Assembly: GCA_951406725.2 (NCBI GenBank)
Contig: OX597827.1
Span: 35,898,001 to 35,962,000 of the forward strand
Source of the DNA: Octopus vulgaris
Lineage: Eukaryota
Direction of reading: 5' to 3'
DNA: 64,000 nt
Under the pieces are notes generated by a model. It did not search any database, was not told the origin of the DNA, and saw nothing but the letters and a program-made list of their open reading frames with translations. The position numbers and the translations under genes were made by a program. Shown here in pieces: positions 26,108 to 39,349 of this stretch. How positions within the stretch are numbered: the stretch's first letter is position 1; each line of letters begins with the position of its first letter.

Positions 26108-26983
26108 ATGGAGGATCCACCAGAATTACAAATTATTTTCAAAGCAGATCCTTCATTGGAAACTCAGTTCTTAAAATCAACCAAAGTAGCCTCTGTGAAA
26201 AGGACCCATGTCTGTGATATTTGTGAAAAGACATTTTCCCAGAAGAATACTCTAGTTTTGCACATCAGGACACATACGGGCGATCGACCTTACCACTGCC
26301 AAGTATGTGGTCGAGGTTTCTCAGCCAGCTGCTCCCTGAAAAAGCATGTACGGATTCACACAGGGGAAAAACCCTATAAGTGCAATGACTGTGGCAAATG
26401 CTTTTCCCAAAATAGTCACCTGATCCTTCATATGAGGACACATACGGGAGACAGGCCATACCAGTGCAGCCTCTGTGAAAAACGGTTTTCCTACAGCAGT
26501 TCCTTCAAAAAACATATGCGAATACATACGGGTGAAAAGCCTTTCCGGTGTGAAGTTTGTCAAAAGAGTCTCTCCGACAACAGTGCCCTGAAACAGCATA
26601 TCAAAACGCACACAGGTGAAAAACCATACCAGTGCGAAGACTGTGGCAAGAGTTTCTCATTGAGCATTGACTTGATCAGACACATTCGCACCCACACCAA
26701 AGAAACTCCGTATCACTGCGAGGTGTGTGCAAGGAGTTTCTCTGTCAACAGCAATCTCAGGCAACATATGCGAACACACACAGGAGAGACGCCCTACCCC
26801 TGTGATATCTGTGGCAAGCGATTTTCTCGAAACAGTACACTAGTCCGCCACATCAAAACACATACAGGTGACAGACCATATACTTGTGAAATCTGCCAGA
26901 AGAATTTCTCTCAGAATAGCCATCTTATACGACACATGAAAATTCACAAGGTAAAACCTGTTGCAATAGATAAAACAGTTTGA
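26108..26983 (+). CDS. C2H2 zinc-finger protein ZNF-3 (9 fingers)
   Basis: Intact ORF from MEDPPELQ with nine canonical fingers. Acceptor TTAATAG at 26097. The hydrophobic N-terminus in the ORF track is the intron pyrimidine tract. Confidence 0.96.
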   Translation: MEDPPELQIIFKADPSLETQFLKSTKVASVKRTHVCDICEKTFSQKNTLVLHIRTHTGDRPYHCQVCGRGFSASCSLKKHVRIHTGEKPYKCNDCGKCFSQNSHLILHMRTHTGDRPYQCSLCEKRFSYSSSFKKHMRIHTGEKPFRCEVCQKSLSDNSALKQHIKTHTGEKPYQCEDCGKSFSLSIDLIRHIRTHTKETPYHCEVCARSFSVNSNLRQHMRTHTGETPYPCDICGKRFSRNSTLVRHIKTHTGDRPYTCEICQKNFSQNSHLIRHMKIHKVKPVAIDKTV

Positions 26984-27336
26984 TATACATATATCTATAT
27001 TGATAAAACAATCACAAATAATTTTTATTTATAACCTAAAGAAAGGAGTGTTTATATTTTTTCTTAAACTATAAGGTAAGATAGGTATAACTCACACCTT
27101 GGTGCCTTACACTCTTTCTCTTCTGTCTTTTTTAATCTCCATTCTCTCATGTATATATATATATTATGTTGTTAATGTTGAACATTATGTACCCCTTTGA
27201 AGAATTATATTGTCTTCTTACTGGGGTCAACTTAGTCTTATATTTATCTAGAGCCAATATCAGTAACATAATGGGGGTAAATTCAATACACCCTATTATA
27301 TAACTATTCTATATTTGTTTTGAGATGAGGAATTAT

Positions 27337-27680
27337 GTACATTATTTACAATGGACGGATAGGTGTCCTCATCTTGTTTGTTGTTATCACAATGTTTCAG
27401 CTGATGTATTCTCCAGCCTTCATTGGGTGTTCTAGTGGAATTTTGAACCCAACCCTCGGATTCTAAGTTCAATCCCAGGCAGGGACTTGGAAAATAATAT
27501 CAACAGAAAAATAACATTAGCAACATACCTTAGGAATGAGAACAGTGTACCCCATTAGTCAAATAAAGATTTGAAATTCCACCAGAACACCTGAAGAATG
27601 CTGGAGAGTACATCAGCCGAAACGTTATGATAACAACAAACAAGATGAGGACACTTATCTGTCCATTGTAAATAATGTAC
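27337..27680. mobile_element. Inverted repeat (~110-bp arms) with hammerhead-like core, Penelope-like
   Basis: Arms 27337-27447 and 27571-27680 are reverse complements. The right arm carries CTGAAGA-ATGCTGG..TCAGCC-GAAAC-GTT at 27591-27626. Confidence 0.7.
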
Positions 27681-28303
27681 CTATTAGTGGTACAGACCCT
27701 TTGCTTTGTGCCAAGTCAAAAGGTAATTGGGGATTTTTTTTCTGTTCCAAACTCGGAGAAAAAAACACAACAAAAATATATTATCACCATATAATTACCA
27801 ACAATAATATGTATTAACTTTCATTGTTCTTCACAGATCCACTTTACAAACAAGAAAATGGAGTCTTCCATATGTTGTAGAGCTAGTTCTTCCATCCTGA
27901 TTGAATGTGATGGGGTGATGTTAAAAATGAATGCATAGATTATCAAAGATGTCCATACACATACACACGATTCCTGTGTTTAGTATCTCCGTCCACACCC
28001 TGAATGGCTGTGCACTTTTCTTCTTGTTTTTCTACCTTGGTATATTACCCACTCGTTCATTCACTGTCTGCTATACTGCTGCATTTTTGCCAAAGATATC
28101 TTTAGGGATGGTTACAGTTTGAATCAGTGTCTCTGTTTCCATTCCCTGAAACGCTTCAGTTGGCATACTAATACTCTTCAGAATAATTGTCACACCTCCT
28201 CTACTGATCTTTATAAATCTAGGGCTTTATGTCTACAAACTTTGTGTTTGTGTATGTTTTTATATGTATATGATGCATGGATGTGCATGCATGTGTGTGT
28301 GTG

Positions 28304-28351
<48 letters not shown>

Positions 28352-28972
28352 TATGTATGCTATTTATATAAGTTGCAACTATGTGGGTTTGTGTTCAGTC
28401 TTACTGCTCAGCACCTTAGGCAGGTATCTTCTACTATAGCCTCAGACCAACCAACGACTTGTGAGGAAATTTGATAAATGGAAACTGTGGAAGCCCATTG
28501 TGTGTGTGTCGTACACACCCTGCTGGATAACCAGTTGGTTTGTTTATGTTCCTATGTCTTAACAACTCAGCAAAAAAAGACTGTAGAGTAAACACCAGAA
28601 TTGAAGTATGTACTGGGGGCAATTTTATTGACTAAATGCTTCAAGGCAGAGCTCCAGTATTGCTGAAGTCAAATGTCTGAAAGCAATAAAAGATACATAC
28701 TATGTGTGTGTATATATACATATAGATGTGCGCACACATACTTACATACACATCTGCTTTATCCAGCTATTCCAATGTGATGGACCCAGTTTGTAGGCAA
28801 AAGATGATTTTAGCCATTCAATTTCATTGAATGACAAAATGTCTGAATCAACTGTATTAAAGTTCCTACTTAAGTTGTAGCACCATCCAGCTGTCATAAA
28901 TGCAAATGTAGAATTAGTATAGACTACTTTAATGCATCTACAAAGAAGAGAAATGGGAGGTTAGGCATCTCT

Positions 28973-29039
28973 TTGAGTAGGTAACTATGTCATCTAGAGG
29001 GTCTGTGTGACTCTCTAGATGGCATGGTTACCTACTCAA
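28973..29039 (+). ncRNA. Candidate pre-miRNA-sized hairpin
   Basis: 31-bp stem (28 Watson-Crick and 3 G-U pairs on the plus strand), 5-nt loop TGTGT. Its status as an RNA gene is unproven. Confidence 0.35.
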
Positions 29040-30205
29040 CTGAATCCGACATATAGTTTGATATAGTTGAATGCTTTGCTGATGTTGAATGTAACAGCAC
29101 TGTTTTCACCAATTTTTTTTGGAGAGCAAGTGCCCACTTGTGAGCAACATTAGAAAGTAGTTTTATAGATCTGGCTTCTCAAAAACCATATTGAGAGCAT
29201 TGAGGAGAGAGTCCGTCTTTATGTTCTGAGTTCAAATACCACCAAGATCGACTTTGCCTTTCATTCTTTTGAGTCAATGAGATAAGTACCAGTTGAACAC
29301 TGGGGTCAATGTAGTCAACAGCTACCTCACTACTTCTGATTTCAGGCCTTGTGCCTATAGTAGAGAGGATTATTATTATTCAGGGGGCAAGCTTGCAGAA
29401 TTGTTAGCGCATCAGACAAAATGCTTAGTGGCATTTCCCCTATCTTTACATTTCTGAGTTCAAATTCCACCAATGTTAACTTTAGCTTTCATCCTTTCAA
29501 GGTCAGTAAACTAAGTCCCACTCAAGTACTGGGTTGATATAATCAACAACCCACTCCACCAAAATTTTAGGCCTTGTGCCTTTGGTAGACTTTTTCTTTT
29601 TAACTTTACTGTTGACCAGCAAATATTGTCAGATTCATCTAATGATTAGTAATAATGCATAGTTCTTATAGGCATCTTATACAATGTATTTATCTCACAA
29701 AACTAGTAAGTTCTTTTTTTTTTTTTTAGTTATTAATGTATTCAGTACTATTGAGTATTTTTTCAAAAGATCAAATGTAATGGAATATACCACCCAATTT
29801 ATATTATATTTATTTATATATGTATATACATTTTAAAATCATGCATTTTGGAAGGAATTGCGTTGTTTATGCTCTGATGGCATGTGTGATATGGGAGTGT
29901 CTGTGCAACTCAGTAAAGTAAACACCACAAAATACATTTGTTCAAAACACATCGTTGGGTTTCTATTGATGTGTACATCTTTTTCTGATATACAGTGGCA
30001 AAAGAAATACACACATATAAATGTGTGTGTGTGTGTGCAATTGTCAAAACTAGTTTGGTATGTGAATATATCTTGTTCAAAAATTTTTAATGGTTACACG
30101 TTTTTAGATTCAGGTGCATTTTGAAACCCCAAAACAAATTCTCTTATATTTTTTCCTGCATGTGAAAACACTTCTTCCTTTCCATATATGTATTTGTGTG
30201 TATGT

Positions 30206-30259
<54 letters not shown>

Positions 30260-32179
30260 TATACATACACACAAACACTAGGTAGTCTTGTAACTGTGCC
30301 AATTCTTGATGACACATACATACATTTATTATTTACACACACACAATGGGCTTCCGTACAGTTTATATCTATCAAATTTCACTCACAAGATATTGGTCAA
30401 CCTGAAGATGTAAGATAAGATTTGATGCACTGAGATTTAAAATTACATTGTCTTGAAGTGAATATTATTAACTTCATAGCCATATCAGTGCCCACAAAAT
30501 CTTTTCGGTAGTGGATACTGTACAAATATCTCTTTACTATATGTTCTTTTATAACAAGTCCAAAGATACAGCAACATTCTCTAGACCATGTGTTGTTCAG
30601 AATGAACAAAAAGACAAAAGACATATTTTTCAGTTATGTTTGTAGTTTTGTTGTGGCATATAAAAATGTTTGTTAAATCTTTTCAGAATATATTTTAATG
30701 TTGATCATTATTACACACACTCACACTTACATAAATATGTGTCCAACACATGTCAACATGGAAAATGGATGTTGAATGGTGATTATATATATATATGTGT
30801 GTGTGTGTATGTATGTATATACACACATATTTTACTAGTCCTCATTACTCCTTAAGGAGTAAAGGGCCAGTTTTCTGGTTTCTCTGGTGTACATATATTC
30901 CTCCCTGTGCAGAATGCTGGTCCATCACAGGATATATGTACATCTCTTTCTCTCTCTCTCCACACACACACACATATTTAACATATTGACATAGATCTGC
31001 AACACTAAAAACTTCATGGATGCAAAAAGCATGTCTGATCATTCAGATGCAGTATCACTGAGTTGTAAGGTAATGACTGACATTTGAACAATCAGACAAA
31101 CGCTTTTGTGAAACTTTCAGTAATGCTGATACAAGTGAAACTACAAATATTTTACCTCCACACCCTTTATTGAATGCTCTTTTGTCTTGCTTGTATACCT
31201 GTTTGTATTTTATGTGTGTGTGCATATAGAAACTGTAGAGTGGCCAAATTGTTGAAGTCCCTTTGTAGTTTCAATAATGCTGAGATTGGCTTTGCTTTTA
31301 ATCCTTCCAAGGGTAGACAAAATAAATTACTATGGATCAGTGTAATTGATTGTTCTGTCCCTGCCAAATTTGTGGCCCTGTGTGCCTATGTCAGAAAGTG
31401 ATATTATTTATATTTTTAAATATATATGTGTTTTCTTATAAATATACTACATATTATATGTATATATATTTTTTATAGTTTTACATGAAGAGAAGTGTCA
31501 TCACTTAAAAATTTCTGCTTGTTAACCTTTGTTGGACTGTTCAATGAAGGCTGACAGGCAGAAACGTCAAAGCCATTGTCACCCCTCTTGTAATTCTACA
31601 GTTCAATATTAAATTGTTTTTATTATAACTTGATATAAATATTAATAATGTTTAGAATATTTATATGTTAAGAATATTTCTATGTTGTTTTAATGTAAAG
31701 GTTTGAATATCATAGATAGGGCAAGGAGGGTCCTTGCTGGTGTTGGTCACCAAAGTGGTATAAGCAAGGTTCACATCTGCTAACAAGAGACTGCACTATA
31801 TATTTTTTTTTTTTTACTCAACTGTCACTTACTCAGCCCTCCTATTTTTTAAACAGATGCCATTACTAGGTAGCACTTACTGTGATGTGTAACAACTGCA
31901 GCAGTGTTTCAATGAACTGTTGTACTGAGCCCCATGCTTCTTGGAGAGGCAGAAATCAATCTATTTATTTTGCTTATCACACTTGAGTCACATAAATGCA
32001 CTGGAGCTGCTGCAGTAGGTAATGTAGAGCATTGTTGTCTAATTTTATATTAGATTTAGTAACTTGTTTTTCTGCATTGAGATTGAAGCAACTCTGCCCT
32101 CTTTACGTAATGCGTTGCCTTTTGTGTCTAGTCAGATTAATATGTTGTTGTTATTGTTATTAATATTTTTGTTATTGTT

Positions 32180-34230
32180 AAGGCAGTGAGTTGGCAGAAT
32201 CATTAGCATGCCAGGCATGCTTTTCATCCTTCTGGGGTCAAAAAAATAAGCACCAGTTGAGCACTGAGGCTGATGTTATCGACTTACCTGTTCCTCACCA
32301 AACTTGCTGGCCTTGTGCCAAAATTTGAAACCAATATTTTGTTATTGTTGTTGATATTTACTTTAGATCAGTCCTGATGAGCATTACTTATTTAATCCAT
32401 ACTCACCATGGCTTTTATTATCTTACACAGTGCATGTAAGACAGCATTACTCAATATGTCCTTCCAATCATTTTTCAAAGACAAAAGAGAGTGATTTGAG
32501 GGAGATTTTCTACTATTTCTAACAGTCACGTGAAAGCTCCCTCATTGTTTATTATTGTCAGGAAGAAAGTGGGTTGGCATAAATGTTAGAGCTGGAGACA
32601 AAATACTTAGCAGCATTTATTCTGGTTCTTTGAGTTAAAACCCTGACAAGGCTTAAGAGAATCAACTTAACCCTTCCTCTTAAAATTGCTAGCTTAATAT
32701 CTTAATCAGAAAAACCATTATTTTTATTATTATTATCATCATCAGAGTGGTTGGTGTTAGGAAGGGTATCCAGCCATAGAAACCATGCTAAATCAGACTG
32801 GAACCAGTTAAACCATCTAACTCATGCCAGCATGGAAAGCAGACATTAAATGATGATGATGATGGCAGTGAACTGGGGTCAATATCAACTTACTCACCCT
32901 TCAAAATTGCTGACCTTGTGCCAGTGCTTGTGCCACATAAAAAGCAAGAAGTCCACTTTGCTCAGTGGAAGGGCATCCAGCTGTAAAAATCCTGCCAAAA
33001 CTGTCACAGAAGTCTGGTGCCAGCTTTGCCCTGGCCAGCTCTTGTGGTACCATCCCACCCATGCTAGCATAGAAGACGGATGTTAAACAATGATGATGAT
33101 GCAACAAGCTGGTAGAATTGTTAGCATACTAGGCAAAATGTTTAGCAGTATTTTGTCTGTCTTTACATTTTGAGTTCAAATTCTGCCTAGGTCAGCTTTG
33201 CCTTTCATCCTTTAAAGATCAATAAAGTAAGTACCACTTGAACACTGAGATCAATGTAATCAACTAAACCCCTTCCCCCGAAATTGCTGGCCTTGTGCCA
33301 AAATGTGAAACCATTATGAGCTGGCAGAATTATTGGAATGGCAGACAAAATGCTTAGCGGCATCTTGCCCGTCTTTATGTTCTGAGTTCAAATTCTGTCA
33401 TGGTCAACTTTGTATTTCATGTTTTCAGGGTCAATGAAATAAGTACCAATAAAACACGGGTTGATGTGATCAATGGTCCCCTCTCTCAATTTCATGCCTT
33501 GTGCCTATAGTAGAAAGGATTATTATTATTATTTCGTAAACTCATTAGCACGCTGGGCTTAGCGGCATTTTGTCCATCTTTACATTCTCAGTTCAAATTC
33601 TGCTAGGGTTGACTTTGTCTTTCATCCTTTTGGGGTTAATAAATTAAGTACCAGTGGAGTAATGGGGGTCAATATAATCGACTTAACCCCTCCCCGCAAA
33701 TTTCAGACTTTGTGCCTATAGTAGAAAGGATTATTATTATCATCATCATCATCATCATCAGGATAACAGATTGGCTGAATAATTAGTTTCAGACAAAATG
33801 CTTTGTGATATTTATGCTGGCTTTTATGTTTGAGTTCAAATATCACTGAGATCAGCTTTGACTTTCACCTTTCTGTGATGGTCAAAAAAATAATGTAGCC
33901 ACTCATGTTCTGGGGCCAGTTTAATTGACAAAATTCCTGCCCCCAACCTCAAATTTCTGACTATGTGCCTACTTTAGAAATAATTATAGTGTGGAATGAC
34001 AGAAACAGTGGTGTCTTAGACAATATGCCAGTATCATTTAGTTTTACGTCTCTCCATTCTGAGTTCAAATCCCATCAAAGTTGACTTTGTTTTTTGTTGG
34101 GTTTTTTTTTATTGTTCTGGGTTCAATAAAAAACATTACCAGTCATACCTTGATGTTGATTCAACTAACTATATGTTCACCTTCCACCACTCCCCACCAC
34201 CCATCTATCAATTTATGGCCTGGTGCTAAG
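32180..34230 (+). mobile_element. Cluster of tRNA-derived SINE family B, five head-to-tail copies at about 33100-34230
   Basis: Repeated ~210-bp unit with B-box-like GAGTTCAAATTC, central GCCTTTCATCCTTT-GGGGTC-ATAAA-TAAGTACCAG and (ATT)n tail. Other copies near 3400-3650, 9180-9440, 12770-13070, 20725-20930, 29205-29590. Confidence 0.85.
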
Positions 34231-34399
34231 GTGAGCAATCATTGTGCAACTGTTTTATTTTGTGTTTATTGCAACTGAAGTAACTCCATTTTGGTGTTAT
34301 CTTCTCCATATTAGGGATTTGAATAAACTTTGATTTGGAACTTAATTAATTTGTTTGTTGTATTTATCATTGTCATTCATTCATTTAATCCAGCACCGT

Positions 34400-36110
34400 A
34401 CAATGGTTGTTAGAGCTCCCCATATTCCTATCTGCCTATAGTTGTCTTCTGCTCCTTCCTCATCACAGCAAAATCTGCTGGGACTCAGTTGTGTACATAT
34501 ACATTATGCTTTGAGAGCCTCAACCACAATGTGCTAATGTGGCTTAGGGGAGTCTTCTTGCTTACTGCATATCACCAATTATCTTCATTTTTTTGTCATC
34601 TCTTCCATGAGGTTCTGCATCCTGAAATTAACCTTCACCACCACATCCTACATCCTATCTCTTCTTCCATAGGCTCCATCTACTATGAGTGATTGTAGTT
34701 TCTTTATACAACTACCCTCACCCTTATGCATCACATGTCCCAACTAATGCAGTCTTCTTTCTCATGCACTATAAGATGCCTTATTTTTTTCTCATCACAC
34801 TTGTACTCTATTGATTGCTCTTGCTGGCATTCTACTTTCAGCAGAGCATGCTTGCTTCATTTCCTTCTAGTTGTCACAGGCATTCCACATTCAAAGCTCA
34901 TGCTTCACTTCCATGTAGCATTGCAGTTTATACATTAGTATCATACAATCTGCCTTTCACTGTGAGAGAGAAATCTTGATAGCAACAGAGGTAAAAATTC
35001 TCTGAACTTTCCACTCACTTCATATCCTATACTTTCAGAACATCCTCCATCATTGCTAATTAGGTCATCTAGATATCAGAAGATATTCTCCTAGACATAT
35101 AAGAGCATCTATTTTCCATTTGGAGTTTATTGCTCCAACACTTACAAAGTTTGCTTTCTCTCTTAATATGCCCATAATTTGCATTGAATACACTGTATCA
35201 AATTTCTACCCTCTCCTTTTCTATACATCAAACAAGGCCATTTCTCTGATGGCAGTAGGGTCCTGTCTGTTTTCCTACTTACTAAGACTTCGGTCTTTAC
35301 AAAGTTGACTTTAAAGCCCTTTGATTCCAGATTTTACTTCCTTGCCTGGAATTTCTTCCTTAATCTTACTACAGATTCAGCTATAAGAACAAAGTCATCA
35401 ATATATAGTTCTTATTGCACCCAGTTTTAAACTTCTTTGTTATGGTATGAAGGACTATGATAATTAGAAGAGCACTGAAACCTGATGGACCCCTACCTGT
35501 ACACTAAATTTGTTACTGTATTCATTTCTAACTCTCAGCTTGCTGACAGTAATCTTATACATGGTTGTATTTCTCTCACAAGCCATTCATCTACTAGCTT
35601 CCTGAGGAATCTCAAGATCACCATGTAAGGAACTCTGACAAAGGTTTTCTCCAGGTCAAAAAGTTCCAGATACAGTGGTTTACTCATAGCGAGGTACTTC
35701 TGCACTTGCCTCATTTGGAATCTGCATCAGTAGTTCCTCTTCCTGACACAAAGGCAAATTGCATGTCATCTTGATTAACTTACTCTCTTATCAGTTGAGT
35801 TATAACCTTTCTGTGACTTTCTTGACCTGATTCAGCAACTTGATACCCTTGTAATTACCACTCTGTCAGGTATCTTCTTTGCCCTTGTAACAGATGCTTA
35901 TAATGCCAGTCATTGGGTATGACACTTTGCTGTACAAACTGCTGACAATAAGATTGACGCCAGTAATTCTCAATGGATCCAGTGTTTGCCCTACCTTCAT
36001 ATCTTTAACTGCTACCTACTAAAATAGCTAGTCCCTCTGTTACGTTCATACTGGGATGGCTCCCTTTCTACCATGCATTCACTATATTTAGTGACCTTTT
36101 GTAGAGCTGT
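34400..36110 (-). mobile_element. Older, heavily decayed RTE-clade LINE
   Basis: Minus-strand remnants LEKTFVRVP, VGVHQVSVL and LYIDDFVLIAES, colinear with the RTE at 23478-25523. Confidence 0.8.
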
Positions 36111-36163
36111 ATGTAAATAATCATATGATTTTTGTTATAAGGACACATGGATTAACTCTCATG

Positions 36164-36846
36164 CAGTGGTGGCTCATGTATAGGCACTGCGGAACTACAG
36201 CACTCCCTATTTCTACTCGATATCATCAATAACATTCAATATAATGAGTCTTTTTTTCTTTAATTCTTTCTTTATACTTGTATATTATATAATCCTTAAG
36301 CTTAATGTCAGTAGCTATTCCCTAGTTTATGAAAAAAAATACAAAAAACTCTGCACTTCACAGTTCCAGCAATGCGGTGTTTGGCTGTTTGCACATGTCC
36401 AAGATAGGAAGCCTCATACTCGGGAAAGAGAGAAATACGTGAACGACAGTGCTAACCCTGGTGTTCCGGTAAAAGATAGTTTGTTTGTTTTTTTACTCTG
36501 CATGTGTTGTGCTTAAAAACGTGTTTATATTCTTGAATGTGATAAAGTGTACAATTAGATTATTATCCTGATTCCAGCTTCAGTGTTTCTGCCAGGATTT
36601 GAAAAATAGGGCACATTTCCCCTTTTATTTTGTGATTTAGGGGGGATTTTTGAAAAACGAGGGGGGAATTCACGTTGGTGCTCAGTGAACAAATTAAACA
36701 CTACCCGGCAGTGGCTAAAATGAGAACCGATCAAGCTTATGTATAAATATTCTTTTTATATGTTTGTTTCCTTTTACACAATATCAAAACGGCTAAAAAT
36801 TTTCTGAAGCAGCGCCCCCACTAATTTTATCTATGAGCCGCCACTG
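36164..36846 (+). mobile_element. hAT-like non-autonomous element, copy 2
   Basis: Termini CAGTGGTGGCTCAT / ATGAGCCGCCACTG. The 8-bp flanks CTCTCATG / CTCAGATG match at 6 of 8 positions (decayed TSD). Confidence 0.85.
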
Positions 36847-39349
36847 CTCAGATGTAAAGGGAGAAGGGTATGAGTAACATTGGATAATGTAGTCCTAGAT
36901 ATGTAATGTCCGAGAGTAGGCTGGTGTGACCATCGTGTAGCGTTGGGTGCATGAACCACGCAGGTCGGCCCCTTAATATACATGTGTTTGCTGTAGTTGA
37001 AGGTTTGTTATATTGAAGAGAGGCAGCCAATTTGGTTACTGTACTGCATGACCAAAATTTATGCTGTGCTAGAATGCCTTTGGTCATAGGTTTGACCTGG
37101 GACCGACCAAACAACACCTATGATGGTTTGGGGACAACTATCCCAACTTATTCTACATGAAAATATTCAACGTTATCTTATTGGGAGACATAATTGTGAG
37201 CTTCGAAATTTTAGACAAGTGACATGTTTACCAAAATACTGTCAGAACTAGAAATAGCAGACAACCACTTTCATCATACGTCTTTGTTAAATAAATAATT
37301 TTTAAAATGGGTAGTCTTGACACTCCTTAAAAGACGGGATAATCACAACAGGAATGTATCGATGTTTTGATCCCTAGTTAAACAACTTTACTTACCATAT
37401 TTGATGGCATAAAAGACGCAAGAGTGTGTCAGTTTCAGTAACGCATATTCAGAGCAAAACGTGCTAAGTGCATTAAGGCTTAAAGGAAGGCCAAATTCGC
37501 ATACAGGACCCGGGGTGACTTTTTGAAACATCTGAGAGATGGGGTTAATGTAACTTAAATGCCATCAAATACGGTATCTTATAATAATTTTGTAACAAAT
37601 CCTTTGTTTATAGGGATTGTCTCTTCCAAAATACTTGTCGATTGTACGAACGGTTGATTACAAGTAAATAGTCACATTTTGTTGTTGATATCTGACAACA
37701 GGCAAGCCCAGACCGAACAGACTTTATGATCAAAGATGTTTAGCATAATGTTTTGTCTTTTTGCTTTAAAACATAATTGTCATCATGTACTCCTTGAAAA
37801 GGCCTCAACTAAGAAGTATATTTCAGTGCGAAGTTTGTATCAGTAGATTCCGTCAGAAAATAGCGTTGGCTGGAAAAGAGTAATAACTAATTTTACAGCG
37901 AAGAAAAAGAGAAGTCTACGCTTCTAGTGCGTAGAATTCCACTCGATGCTTTAGATTTCTCTTCTTTTTCACTGTAAAATAATTTATTTCATTTTGCAAA
38001 TTCAGTTTTCTAAGCATCGGTTTTTCGCGATCTCCAATGTTTAAAAGAGTCAAGTCAAGGGGGGTAAGTCTAAATTTTTGCTTATTTTTTAAGATGTACG
38101 ATAAGTCTTTCATTCTTTGTCCCTTCTGTCGCTATGTTATTCTTTAAATTTTTTTCGTAATTTGTTTTCACTATTTGCTTTCTGTTGCATGTAGATCTCC
38201 CACCCAAGCCTTTTATTTTTTCTCGTTCTCTCATTTGCTTGCAATTAAATATTATTTTTTTTAAAGCTCTAGTAAATACCTTAACGCTACTATTGTGTCC
38301 ACCTCGTTCTGACCACCAGGCACCTGCTAACCACCACATCAACAATTTGTATTTGACGATAAATACCAATAGACACAGAACGTGGCCAAGGTATTTAGAT
38401 AAACAAAATCATAGCTTATTCTTGAAATGTTCATCTAGGTGTTTAATTCGCTTGCTTTAACATTTTGTAATTTTATTTTTTGATTGATTAAAAAAAAGGC
38501 GGGGCATAAAGGAACCTTTAACAGCGAATATTAAAATACCGTATAGATTAGCAGAATACACTTGTTTGTGTGTGTGTATATTTTTATTATTGTGTTTAAC
38601 GAACAAGACTAAGTGTATTCAATACGTTGCAGAGTTTATTTATTTGTACGAGGTGACGATTTACTCGGAATTTCTTTTTTGATCCGATCTTTCAGACGGT
38701 CACAAAACTCTGAGTACCGATATCAAGTCGTACGAGTATAGTGTATGAGAAAGTGGATGTGAGTGTATATATATTTTCGCTCATAGAAATGTAACAGCAC
38801 TTCGGGAAATGAGAACTTATTGCATTTTAACATCGTTGAATGGATGCGATTTTCTTTTATTGATGTTTTTTAGTTCCCCCGTTTATCGTTATTAATACTT
38901 GCTTCCAATTACAACCGCTTACCAGCATCTCATCGTTTGACAATTCAATCAGAACTTGTGAAAGGAGTAATGTTTATTTATCTTTTGCATTAGCATCACA
39001 TTTATTGTAGCAATAATAATGCCTGTAGCAACTTTGTAATTAGGTACTTGCTTAGCAGATTATAAGCCTTGTTTATTTGTTTTTGTTATCACTTAACACG
39101 TCAGTTATCATTATCATCAGTATCGTAGTTATGTTTAATACCATGGTCACCACGAGCAGCAGCATGTTCTTCATAACCAGCTTAACGCTCGTTTATTTTT
39201 CCGTTTTTCTCATTAGTTGGACAAAAAAAATTTTATTCGGCTAGTATCAGTTAATCTAGAATCATTATACTATTGTGAGTACCTCCAAGAAACATATTTA
39301 ACTTGTATATTGTCTTTCTTGTTTTACAGGAATCCCTGCTACAGAAGCC

